Positions 55,044 through 64,000 of a stretch of DNA of 64,000 nucleotides are shown here, piece after piece. The notes under the pieces were generated by a model that saw only the letters and a list, made by a program, of their open reading frames with translations, did not search any database and was not told where the DNA came from. Both the position numbers and the translations under genes were made by a program. Origin of the DNA: an uncultured Gemmatimonadaceae bacterium (GTDB lineage: Bacteria > Gemmatimonadota > Gemmatimonadetes > Gemmatimonadales > Gemmatimonadaceae); NCBI GenBank assembly GCA_963829055.1, contig CAWHHI010000004.1, forward strand, positions 192,001 to 256,000, read 5' to 3'. Each line of letters opens with the position of its first letter. Position 1 is the first letter of the stretch.

Positions 55044-56723
55044 CTAACGACCGCCGCTTCCCGTCGTATCGCTCCCGACCGCCGCGACGTTGTCGTCGCG
55101 CACGCGCTCGATGAACGTCCGATACGGATCGATCCCGGCCTGCGTGGGCCGGCGCGGCACGATGACGGTGATCGTCTGCTTGCCGCTGCGTATGCGGTGC
55201 TGCTTGAGGTACAGAGTGTCGCCCAGGCCATCCGGACTCCCGGTTCGCTTGGCGAAGACCCCCACGTCCACGAGGTCGTCCATCGGGATCGGCGTCTTGT
55301 TGCCGATGCTGTCCGCGCGCGCTTTCGACGCGTCGACGAACAGCCTAACGCGGTACGCCCCGCCCCCCGCGGGCTCGGCTTTCGCCGAATCGGCGCGGAC
55401 ATCCCAGATCGTGATGTGCTCGAACAGGTCCGACAGCAGTGGCTTGAGCGAGTCCGGGGTGGCTGCCTTGAGCTCGGCGTAGAGCGCGCGCGATGTCGGC
55501 GGCGGCGCGTTCGCGCCGGCGTACTTGTCGTGGAAGCGGCGCAGCGCGCCGTTCACCGCGTCGGCGCCGAGGCGCTCGCGCAGGGTGTACATTGCGACGG
55601 CGCCTTTCATGTAATAGACGTAGCTCTGGTTCACCACGTCGAGCAGCGGCACCTCGCGGTTCGTGTAGACGGTCCGGCCGGAGAGGTACGTCTTCATGAC
55701 GTAGTCGTAGAAGTCGCGCACCATCGCCTCGCCGTACTCCTTCTCCAGCACCATCATCGAGCTGTACTGCGCAAGCGTCTCGGAGACGAAGCTGGCGCCG
55801 GGCGCCGACGCGGGGATCACCTGCCCGCCCCACCACTGGTGGGCGGTCTCGTGCGCGACGACGAAGAACGTGCGGTCGACGCCGCCGGAGTCGATGCGCG
55901 TGAGGAACGCGCTACCCTCGGAGAACGCGATCGTGCCGGGGTGCGCCCGAGCCCCCGCCGCGTACAGCGGGAACTCGACGACGCGGAGCTCATTGAACTG
56001 ATACGGGCCGAAGTGCTCGCCGTAGTACGCGAGCGAGGCGCGCATGCTGCGGATCATCCGGTCGACGTTCACGTCGTGCGCCGGATGATAGTAGACGGCG
56101 AGCGCCACGCCCTGCGCCGTGTCCCTGCGGACCGCGTACTCCGCGGACAGGACGGCGGTGCCGAAGCGGGTGGGCTGGTCGGTCCGGTAGTGGAAGTAGC
56201 GGCGGCCATTCTCGGTCCATTCGCGGACGAGCCTTCCGGGCGAGATGGCCGTGTGGCGCGGGTCGGTCCCGATGATCGTCTCGCCGTCCACCAGCTGCAC
56301 CGGCTTCAATCCCGCTCGCGTCTCCACGTCCCCCGCGCTCGGCGCCACCGCACGGGGAGGGAGGCCGAGCTCGCGGCGCTTCGTCTCGTCGGTGAGCTCT
56401 CGGCTGGGTGAGTAGCCCAGGACCGGCATCCAGGGGGCATCCTGGCGCTCGGGCACATAGCCTACCTGTGCCCTCACCCCCGGCCCATCCCGCCCGGTAT
56501 CGAGCCCGAAGACCTCCGCGGTGCCAGCGTCGGGACGCTCCAGGTTCATGAGCACCTTGAACAGGGTGCTCTTGCCGGCGCCGTTGACCCCGACGAGGAC
56601 GTATACCGCCCCTTCAGGGACTCGCAGGTCCACCTCGTGAAGCGCGGACTCGCGGCCGTAGCGCTTGGACAACCCGTGCGTGGCCACCGCGTAGTCGCCA
56701 ATCCGTGGGTCGGTGTAGATCAC
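55044..56723 (-). CDS. In-frame chimera: partial ABC ATPase N-terminus plus M1 aminopeptidase domain
   Basis: GVNGAGKST and VGYVPE, no LSGG or Walker B, then VVAHETAHQWWG...SETLAQYS, YYMKG. Confidence 0.75.
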   Translation of the reverse strand: MIYTDPRIGDYAVATHGLSKRYGRESALHEVDLRVPEGAVYVLVGVNGAGKSTLFKVLMNLERPDAGTAEVFGLDTGRDGPGVRAQVGYVPERQDAPWMPVLGYSPSRELTDETKRRELGLPPRAVAPSAGDVETRAGLKPVQLVDGETIIGTDPRHTAISPGRLVREWTENGRRYFHYRTDQPTRFGTAVLSAEYAVRRDTAQGVALAVYYHPAHDVNVDRMIRSMRASLAYYGEHFGPYQFNELRVVEFPLYAAGARAHPGTIAFSEGSAFLTRIDSGGVDRTFFVVAHETAHQWWGGQVIPASAPGASFVSETLAQYSSMMVLEKEYGEAMVRDFYDYVMKTYLSGRTVYTNREVPLLDVVNQSYVYYMKGAVAMYTLRERLGADAVNGALRRFHDKYAGANAPPPTSRALYAELKAATPDSLKPLLSDLFEHITIWDVRADSAKAEPAGGGAYRVRLFVDASKARADSIGNKTPIPMDDLVDVGVFAKRTGSPDGLGDTLYLKQHRIRSGKQTITVIVPRRPTQAGIDPYRTFIERVRDDNVAAVGSDTTGSGGR

Positions 56724-57145
56724 GCGGCTCCTTCCTCCTCACCAGGTGCGATGGCAGAGGTCGACGGCGATCCTTCCCCCTCGGCCGCCACTTCCCAGAT
56801 CATTGGGACCAGCTCGTCTACCCCGAGCCCGTTGCGCCGCGCCTCGACCACCGCGCGCTCGGCCACTCCGCGGACGAGGGCACGCCGTTCTCGGCGGTCG
56901 GGGTGAATGGTGGGCGCCACGAAGGTCCCCTGTCCCCGCCGTACGTAGATCACGCCCTCGCCCTCCAACTCCCGGTAAGCCTGCGACACTGTGCGCGGAT
57001 TGACCACCAGCTGGCCGGCGAGCTCCCGGACGGACGGCAGGGGGTCCTCGGCCCGGAGCGTGCCGTCCAGGAGCGCGCGCCGGACCTGATCCACGATCTG
57101 CACGTACAGTGGCCGCTCGTCGCGAGGATCAAGGGTGACAAGCAT
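56720..57145 (-). CDS. GntR-family regulator, YtrA subfamily
   Basis: PLYVQI, LPSVRELAGQLVVNPRTVSQAYRELE, RRGQGTFV. Confidence 0.92.
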   Translation of the reverse strand: MLVTLDPRDERPLYVQIVDQVRRALLDGTLRAEDPLPSVRELAGQLVVNPRTVSQAYRELEGEGVIYVRRGQGTFVAPTIHPDRRERRALVRGVAERAVVEARRNGLGVDELVPMIWEVAAEGEGSPSTSAIAPGEEEGAA

Positions 57146-57164
57146 CAGTGCTCGGTGTTGCAGT

Positions 57165-57177
57165 GTGTATGCTACAC
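57165..57177. promoter_or_regulatory. Possible GntR/YtrA operator
   Basis: GTGTA-TGC-TACAC palindrome 20 nt upstream of the regulator start. Confidence 0.35.
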
Positions 57178-57770
57178 TAGATCTTTCCGCAGTGCCGCGC
57201 AAGCGCGGGGTGCTCAGGCCGACGCTGCAGGGCTTTCGCTGCGCCCCCGCGTCCGTGCACTACCGGTGCGGCACACCGACACGGTGGTCCCGATGCACAC
57301 GCTCCACGTCGCGACGCGGGGCTATTGACGCCCGGCACGACGTGCGCGCGTCCCTGGTGCCTAGCGCCTCACCAAGCGCGTGTGGCGAACCGTCAGCCAG
57401 CGGGGTTCGCGAAGCGCTGATTCCACGGACGCACGTCGTGGGTAGTGTCGTAGGCGTTCCATGACGCCGATGCGTGGCACGGAGACCGTCGATCACGAAT
57501 CGACCGCGCGGTCGCCTTGAAACTCGCGCGCGGACTGCGCGTGCGGATGATCCTCTAGGCGCAGCGTCTAGAAAGACGCATGGGCCCGAGTTGGTCATGG
57601 GCAGCTAGAGCAGAAAGCTTCGGCGGTGCAGCCTGGTGCCGATTGTGGTGCCACTTCAACGTGGCAAACTACGACATTGAGGCCGTCGAAAACGGCAGAT
57701 CGCGCCGGCCATCCCCCAAGTTTGTCTGTTCGGTTAATCGCTCCCACTTCATAGGAAACGTCTACATCCC

Positions 57771-58148
57771 ATGCCTGCTCTCGTGTCGTCCGTCGTGGTC
57801 CGCACGATCGTGCTACTCACGTGCTCGAACGTCTTCATGACGTTCGCCTGGTACGCGCACCTCCGGAATCTGAGTGGGCGTCCGTGGTACGTGGCGGCGC
57901 TGGTGAGCTGGGGGATCGCGCTGTTCGAGTACCTGCTGCAGGTGCCCGCGAACCGCATCGGCTACACGCAGCTCAGCCTCGCGCAGCTCAAGATCCTGCA
58001 GGAAGTGATCACGTTAGGCGTATTCGTCCCGTTTGCCGTGTTCTACATGCGGCAGCCACTGCGCTGGGACTACCTCTGGGCGGCGTTATGCATCCTCGGC
58101 GCCGTGTACTTCATGTTTCGCGGCGGCGCCGGCGCGCACGCCGGATGA
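57771..58148 (+). CDS. DMT superfamily membrane protein (DUF486-like)
   Basis: SNVFMTFAWYAHL, SWGIALFEYLLQVPANRIG, QLKILQEVITL. Confidence 0.88.
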   Translation: MPALVSSVVVRTIVLLTCSNVFMTFAWYAHLRNLSGRPWYVAALVSWGIALFEYLLQVPANRIGYTQLSLAQLKILQEVITLGVFVPFAVFYMRQPLRWDYLWAALCILGAVYFMFRGGAGAHAG

Positions 58149-58154
58149 AAAAAA

Positions 58155-58272
58155 GGCCTGGTCATCAGTCAGAAAAGGCCCGGTCATCAGTCGTGGGTCG
58201 TATAGTCGTCAGTTTTCAGTCGGTAACTGACTACTGATCACTATATGACCCATGACTGATGACCAGGCCGTT
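58155..58272. repeat. Long palindromic element, copy 2, with partial tandem duplication of left arm
   Basis: 58177-58269 aligns with 17184-17276; extra GGCCTGGTCATCAGTC at 58155-58170. Confidence 0.9.
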
Positions 58273-58276
58273 CAAG

Positions 58277-59287
58277 CTACGGTGCTACGATGGTTCCCAT
58301 CTTGACGAGCTCGAAGTTCGCGGCGGTGAGCTGCCCGAGCTTGGCGAGGTTGTCGTCGCTCCAGCGTGAGTCGGGCGCGCCGCTGATGTAGAAGCCGCTG
58401 CCGTTGTCGGCGAGGAACATCCCGTACTTCTTGAGCGCCGTGAGGATCACGCGCACCTCGGGCGGATACGTCGAGATGTCGAAGTCCGCCTTGAGGCGGA
58501 CGCGCGCGCCCATCGGCATGTAGCTCGTGCTCGTTTGCGAGCTCGCCCAGTGACGCGCGGGCGAGATGTATGCCTTGCGCGTCGTCGGACAGGTGAACCG
58601 CAGCGCGTGGTTGATCGCGCCCTTGATCACCGCTTCGTCATAGCGCACGAGTCCGGGGAAGATCGGAAGCCCCGCAGCGTCGGCGGACGTCCAGCCGGCC
58701 GGGCGCAGCGCGTTCGAGCTCAGATCCCAGGTCGCGCCGGAACCTGCGTGCCAGCTCGTGCCACCGTTGAGTGGGTGCGAATCGAACGTCTCGTAGAGCT
58801 TCCAGGCGATCGTGTCGATGACGATCACGTGCCGATCGCCCGTGCCGTTCGGTCCGCCCTCGATGGGCGCGTTCGCCGGGATCGGATACGGTCCGGGGTC
58901 GCTCTCATCCGCGTAGTCGAACGAGACCGGCACCTTGGGCTGCGTTCCGCCCACGAGCACGTACGGAATGCCGTTAGGTGCGCCGTCCCAGACCGTTCCG
59001 AAGTCGGGGTGCACGCGTCGCGTGGAGCCGCCGCAGCTGTTGATGAGCGTCGTGGAGTTCGGATCGACTGGCTGCGCTGAGATGTCCGTGTTCCACGGGT
59101 TGTCCGCGGGGAACACGAGTCGAGCGCCGACGCTGCCGCCTCCGGTCCCAGGCGGCGCGGTGGTGCCGCCGCCTTTCCTGCCATCGGCTGACAGCGTGTC
59201 GGCACCGGGTGACATTGACGTATCACCCGCGCAGGCGGTGCCTAACGTCAGCGCGGCCAGGACTGCGACTGCTGCTTCACGACGCAT
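58277..59287 (-). CDS. Hypothetical secreted lipoprotein
   Basis: Lipobox GTAC; FPADNPWN, WTSADAAGLPIFPGLVR, ALKKYGMFLADNG. Confidence 0.8.
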   Translation of the reverse strand: MRREAAVAVLAALTLGTACAGDTSMSPGADTLSADGRKGGGTTAPPGTGGGSVGARLVFPADNPWNTDISAQPVDPNSTTLINSCGGSTRRVHPDFGTVWDGAPNGIPYVLVGGTQPKVPVSFDYADESDPGPYPIPANAPIEGGPNGTGDRHVIVIDTIAWKLYETFDSHPLNGGTSWHAGSGATWDLSSNALRPAGWTSADAAGLPIFPGLVRYDEAVIKGAINHALRFTCPTTRKAYISPARHWASSQTSTSYMPMGARVRLKADFDISTYPPEVRVILTALKKYGMFLADNGSGFYISGAPDSRWSDDNLAKLGQLTAANFELVKMGTIVAP

Positions 59288-59459
59288 TGCGATACTCCAG
59301 TCGAGGGTTCGTGCACCCGGTGGCCCACGATAACAGTTCGGTTCCGGGCGCGGTGGGCGGCACCGCACGCCTGTGGCGCGTCCGAAGTCGTGTGGCCGAC
59401 GTGCATCAGATCACGGTCGTGCGCGCGTCCGTTCACGCGATGCGTGCACGCGGCACTGT

Positions 59460-59586
59460 CGTCCGGTTGTGGGACGCTGCGTCCGCCTCTGCGACGCACC
59501 AGCGGCTTCGCGGATCTCCATAGACGACCGCAATGCGTTATCCAGCTTGCGGTTGGCGGAATCGTGATCTGTGGCACCGGCCGTGC
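59460..59586 (+). promoter_or_regulatory. Putative sigma-54 promoter with upstream activator palindromes
   Basis: TGGCACCGGCCGTGC (GG-N10-GC) at 59572-59586; CGTCC-N7-GGACG at 59460 and GCGTC-N9-GACGC at 59479. Confidence 0.5.
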
Positions 59587-59675
59587 CTTTCATGAGAAGA
59601 CAGCCTAGCCGCGTATCAGCGAACGAGCACCCCGCACGCGACGCGATTGTCGCGCGCGTCTATCCGGCCAGCCAA

Positions 59676-62105
59676 ATGTCGAACGATTTTCGTTTCGCGC
59701 TGCGGTCGCTCCGCCGGCGACCCGCGTTTACCGCCGCCGTGTTTCTCACCCTCGCGCTTGGCATCGGCACGAGCACGGCCGTGTTCAGTCTGCTCGATGC
59801 GGCACTGATCCGGCCGCTGCCATTCGCCGATCCATCACGCATCGTGATGCTGTCAGGGGTCTACGGGCCCGAGCGCGCGGTTCGCGGCGCATCTCATCGC
59901 GAGATCCTCGATTGGCGCGAGCTCAACCACTCGTTCAGCGACGTCGCCGCGTACGACGACATCTCGCTCAACCTCCGCACGACCGGCGAACCGCGGCGCG
60001 TAGAGGCGGAGATGGTGTCCGCGAGCTATTTCGACATCGTTGGGGCGACGGCGGCGCGCGGGAGAACGTTCACGCCCGACGAGGACCGTGTTCCCGACGA
60101 GCGGCCAGTCGCCGTGATCAGCCACGCGATGTGGACCACGCGGTTCGGAAGCGACCCAGGCATCATCGGTCGATCCATCACGCTCAACGACCGCCCACTC
60201 ACCATCGTCGGCGTCATGCGCGACGGCTTCCGAGGGATCTCGTTCGACGCCGACGTCTGGGTGCCGATGATGATGATCTCGCTCACCACCGCGCCTTCCA
60301 CGCTCGAGAATCGCGGCAACCGCTGGCTCGGCGCGATCGGACGGATGAAGCCGGGCGTCACGATGTCCGGAGCGCAGCGCGACATGGACGCCGTCGCGGC
60401 GCGCCTCGCGACGGCGTTCCCGGAATCGAACCAGGAACGCGGCGTTAGGCTCTCGACGCTCCAGGACGCCGCGCTCGGCTCCACGCGCGACCTGCTCATC
60501 GCACTGTTCGCCGCGGTGATGGTGTTTCTCGCCATCGCCTGTGCGAACGTCATGAATCTCCAGCTTGTGCGCGCGACGTCGCGTCGTCGCGAGATGGCGC
60601 TGCGTGTCGCCGTGGGCGCCGACCGCGGTGCCTTGCTTCGACAGCTGCTGGCCGAAGGGCTGACGCTGGCAGTGCTCGGCGCAGCGGGCGGCCTAACGCT
60701 CGCGGTGTGGGCGCTCGCCGCCCTGCTGCCACTGCTTCCCACTGGCGCGCTGCCGCCCTGGGTGACGCCCTCGGTGGACTGGCGCGTGATGGCGTTCACG
60801 ACGGTGATGACTCTGGCGTGTGGCGTGTTGTTCGGGCTCGCGCCCGCGTTCCAGGCGCGGCGACTCGTCATCGCCGATTCGCTCAAGGAAGGGGCGCGGT
60901 CTGCCGCCGGCGGCATCACGACGCTGCGTCGCTTCGGCGCCCAACAGCTTCTCGTCGTGTGCGAGGTCGCCCTGGCGCTGATGCTGCTCGTGGGTGGTGG
61001 CCTGATGCTGCGCAGCCTGCAGCGTCAGCTCGGCGTCGAGCCCGGCTTCCGCGCGAACGGCGTCGTGACCGCGCAGATCTCACTGCCGCGTCAGTACAGT
61101 CGATCGGTGCGCACCGACATCGCTCGCCGGTTGGTCGAACGCGTGCGCGCACTTCCGCAGGTCCAGTCCGTCGCCCTCGGGTCGGACGTTCCGCTCGACG
61201 GCAACACCAGCGCCGCGAACATCTTCATCGACGGCGTGACGGACACGCCCATTCGCTTCTACCGCCATCGCGTCACGCCGGACTACTTCGCGACGCTCGG
61301 CATCCCGCTACTTCGCGGTCGCACGTTCGGCGCGGCGGACCGCGACAGCACGCCTCTCGTCGTGGTCATCACGGAGGCGATGGCGCGCCGCTACTGGCCG
61401 AACGACGACGCCGTCGGCCGCCGCATTCGATTCGGCGATGCGACCGGCGTCGAAGCGACCGTGGTCGGCGTCGTTGGGACCGCGCGCTTTCGCGATCTCA
61501 CGTCGAGCGTGATCGCGCCGCGCAGCGAACCCAATGTCTTCGTGTCGTTCGACCAGCGACCGGACATCGATTTTTCGCTGATCGTGCGGACGACGGACGA
61601 GCCGGCTACGTTGGTGAGCGCAATGCAGCGGGAGCTCTCCGCGATCGATCCGGGAATCCCGCTGTACCACGCGGCGCCGCTCGCCGACCTCCTCGGTCGT
61701 CAGACGGCGGCGGCCCGGTTCGGGTCCACTCTTCTCGGGACGTTCAGCATTGTGGCCCTGCTGCTCGCGGCGATCGGCATCTACGGCGTCCTGTCGTTCG
61801 TCATCGGACTGAGCCGACGCGAGATCGCGATCCGCCTCGCACTCGGCGCGACAGTCGGGCGCGTCATCACGCTCATCGTCACGCAGAGCATGCGTCTCGT
61901 CGCCGTGGGTCTCGCGGTTGGTCTCGCCGGCGCGTACCTCACGAGCGGCCTGCTGTCGACGCAGCTGTTCGGCATCTCCGCCACCGATCCGGCGACGTTC
62001 GCCGGCGTCGCCCTCATCGTGCTCGGCGTCGCAGTCGTTGCCAGCTACCTCCCGTCGCGCCTGGCCGCGCGCATCGATCCCCAGCACGCCCTCAAATCCG
62101 ACTGA
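59676..62105 (+). CDS. ADOP/MacB-like duplicated permease (intact)
   Basis: DFRFALRSLRRRPAF, IACANVMNL, RRREMALRVAVGA, LAAIGIYGV, ARIDPQHALKSD. Confidence 0.92.
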   Translation: MSNDFRFALRSLRRRPAFTAAVFLTLALGIGTSTAVFSLLDAALIRPLPFADPSRIVMLSGVYGPERAVRGASHREILDWRELNHSFSDVAAYDDISLNLRTTGEPRRVEAEMVSASYFDIVGATAARGRTFTPDEDRVPDERPVAVISHAMWTTRFGSDPGIIGRSITLNDRPLTIVGVMRDGFRGISFDADVWVPMMMISLTTAPSTLENRGNRWLGAIGRMKPGVTMSGAQRDMDAVAARLATAFPESNQERGVRLSTLQDAALGSTRDLLIALFAAVMVFLAIACANVMNLQLVRATSRRREMALRVAVGADRGALLRQLLAEGLTLAVLGAAGGLTLAVWALAALLPLLPTGALPPWVTPSVDWRVMAFTTVMTLACGVLFGLAPAFQARRLVIADSLKEGARSAAGGITTLRRFGAQQLLVVCEVALALMLLVGGGLMLRSLQRQLGVEPGFRANGVVTAQISLPRQYSRSVRTDIARRLVERVRALPQVQSVALGSDVPLDGNTSAANIFIDGVTDTPIRFYRHRVTPDYFATLGIPLLRGRTFGAADRDSTPLVVVITEAMARRYWPNDDAVGRRIRFGDATGVEATVVGVVGTARFRDLTSSVIAPRSEPNVFVSFDQRPDIDFSLIVRTTDEPATLVSAMQRELSAIDPGIPLYHAAPLADLLGRQTAAARFGSTLLGTFSIVALLLAAIGIYGVLSFVIGLSRREIAIRLALGATVGRVITLIVTQSMRLVAVGLAVGLAGAYLTSGLLSTQLFGISATDPATFAGVALIVLGVAVVASYLPSRLAARIDPQHALKSD

Positions 62106-62107
62106 CC

Positions 62108-62935
62108 GTTGACCACGTTAGGTGGAACCCGACCATCATCGGTCTGCCGTACGATGCCAGCTCTTCCTTTCAACGCGGTCCCGCCGACGCGCCCCCGCTA
62201 ATACGTGAGGCGCTGTGGAGCCCGAGCGCGAACAGCTGGACGGAGCTCGGTGTGAACATTGGGCTCGAAGGCAGGGTGGCTGATGCCGGGGACCTCGAGC
62301 TCGGGACCTGTGCGCCGGCGGATGCGCGTCGCACCATCCAGAATGGCATTGCGCGCCTGCTCGCCATCGGAGCGCGTCCCGTCTCACTCGGCGGCGATCA
62401 CTCGGTGACGTACCCGGTGCTTCGCGCCGTTCGGGCGCATGCGCCCAAGCTCACGATCATCCATGTGGACGCGCACCCCGATCTCTACGATGAGTTCGAG
62501 GGCGACCGGTTTTCGCACGCCTGTCCATTCGCCCGCATCATGGAGGAGGGGCTCGCCGACCGACTTGTGCAGGTGGGCATCCGTACGGCGACGGGGCACC
62601 AGCGGGCGCAGGCCCGTCGGTTCGGCGTCGAGGTCATCGACATGCGGCACGTCCGCGACGACTTGCGCATCGCGCTGGATACGCCGGTCTACATCTCCGT
62701 CGATCTCGACGTTCTCGATCCTGCGTTCGTGCCCGGCGTTTCCCACCGCGAACCGGGCGGCATGTCCGTACGACAACTACTCTCGTTGCTGCAATCGCTC
62801 GAGGCGCCGGTCGTCGCCGCCGACGTCGTGGAGCTGAACCCGAGAAACGACCCAACCGGCGGCTCGGCGATCGTTGCCGGGAAGGTGCTCCGCGAGCTGT
62901 TGGGCGTCATGCTGGGTCGCGATGCCCTCGCGTGA
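62108..62935 (+). CDS. Agmatinase/arginase-family ureohydrolase (start uncertain)
   Basis: GGDHSVT, DAHPD, SHACPF, DLDVLDP, PGG, VELNP. Confidence 0.9.
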   Translation, partial: VDHVRWNPTIIGLPYDASSSFQRGPADAPPLIREALWSPSANSWTELGVNIGLEGRVADAGDLELGTCAPADARRTIQNGIARLLAIGARPVSLGGDHSVTYPVLRAVRAHAPKLTIIHVDAHPDLYDEFEGDRFSHACPFARIMEEGLADRLVQVGIRTATGHQRAQARRFGVEVIDMRHVRDDLRIALDTPVYISVDLDVLDPAFVPGVSHREPGGMSVRQLLSLLQSLEAPVVAADVVELNPRNDPTGGSAIVAGKVLRELLGVMLGRDALA

Positions 62936-63293
62936 GCTCAGCCCGGCCTATCGGACACACGAGATCAACGGGCGAGCAGCGCGCGAGCCGCGCCGAGCCG
63001 GCGGCAGTCCGCGCAGCAACGCCAGCACCAGCCAGGCCCCGGGTCGCCAGTTCAGGCTGCGAAAGCGCACGGAGCGTACCGGGCGATCTCGGCACGAAGC
63101 AATTCGCGGCGTCTGGCGCGCGATCGTCCCAGCGGGGCACCATTCGTCACTCGGCCCTGCGTGCGGCGGGTAATTGGGCTTAGGATGATCGAAGCGGTGA
63201 CTTGCCTATCGCATGTCCCTTGCACGATACTGTATCACTAGGCGCCCGAATCGGGACGTACCGAACGGGCATCCGTTTACGGGAGGAGGCCTC

Positions 63294-63998
63294 ATGCTTC
63301 GCCTCTTGCTCGAGTCCAATACGAGGGGCTTTCAGTTTCGACCGGGCGCCCTCGTGAGCCTCGCGGCTCATTCCATCCTCATCTCGGTCTCCGTGCTCGC
63401 CACACGGGAAGGACCGGTCGAACTCATTGAGGAGGCGCAGGAAAAGGTCGTCTTCCTCGTCCCCATGAACCGCACGAACTCGCCGCCGCCGCGCGAGGAG
63501 AGTGTGCGATTCCTGCGAGTGGGCGAGAAGGCTGGCACTGGCGGATCCGAGGAAAAGATCGTCGACAAGACCGCGACGCGAACAGCGGCAGTCGTCGGAA
63601 AGGGAAAGGAAGAAGGCAAGCCGGAAGAGAAGGCGGAGGAGATCGTTCCCAACGCCATCTGATGACACGGTCGCGACAGCAGTCGATGTCGATTCGACGG
63701 TCACCCGATTTGCCGACAGCGCGGCACCGGCATACCCGCCGAAGCTCCTGGACCTGAAGGTCGAGGGCGGCGCCTACGTCCAGTTTGTCGTAGACACGAC
63801 GGGCCTTCCCAGACACGTCGTCGTTCCGCGTGATCAGCACGACGCACCCGGAGTTTGCCGAGTCGGTGCGCGAGGCGTTACCGGGCAGGCGGGTTCCACC
63901 CGGCGATTCTGCGATCCCGCAAAGTCCGGCAGCTGGTGGAGCAGCCATTCATGTTCAAGATCCTCGCACCGGTGACGCAGGCGTCGGCAAAACCGTAG
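63294..63998 (+). CDS. TonB-family energy transducer protein (frameshifted)
   Basis: SLAAH TM anchor; PAYPPKLLDLKVEGGAYVQFVVDTTG; GGAGG RBS. Confidence 0.75.
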
Positions 63999-64000
63999 GG

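Noticed and set aside
54915..56411. Long antisense ORFs (also 9668..10699, 13406..14521, 28183..29217)
   Set aside because: Opposite well-supported genes; expected at high GC
60707..62105. Long N-terminal extension on the agmatinase (742-aa ORF)
   Set aside because: Overlaps the permease in another frame; Arg/Ala-rich shadow translation
2718..63998. Many split genes (mscS, tolC, czcA, TonB receptor, kinases, permeases) as pseudogenes or programmed frameshifts
   Set aside because: Single-base indels are scattered through unrelated genes, often in homopolymers, with intact motifs on both sides; sequencing error is the simpler explanation

Overview
High-GC (roughly 68-70% by eye) bacterial window. 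Gene content (orphan MacB/ADOP-type permeases with PadR, paired amidohydrolases, Oar-like TonB receptor, many lipoproteins) suggests Gemmatimonadota or a similar lineage; this is inference. Many genes are split by single-base indels, often in homopolymers, as expected of an unpolished long-read assembly. Main loci: TolC-CzcB-CzcA efflux operon with a Cys-motif leader gene, TonB receptor plus two-component genes, an AraC / flavin monooxygenase / Cys-rich metallothionein-like module, two LytS-LytTR pairs, orphan permeases, and several gene relics and deletion fusions. No rRNA, tRNA, CRISPR, integrase or transposase was recognised. Most notable signals: (1) the octamer CGTTAGGC/GCCTAACG occurs about 49 times versus 2-3 expected, in both orientations and inside genes; (2) a 55-aa, 14-Cys ORF sharing an upstream box with a flavin monooxygenase; (3) a ~88-bp promoter-like cassette with 20-bp-period repeats, present three times; (4) a ~95-100-bp hairpin element present twice.
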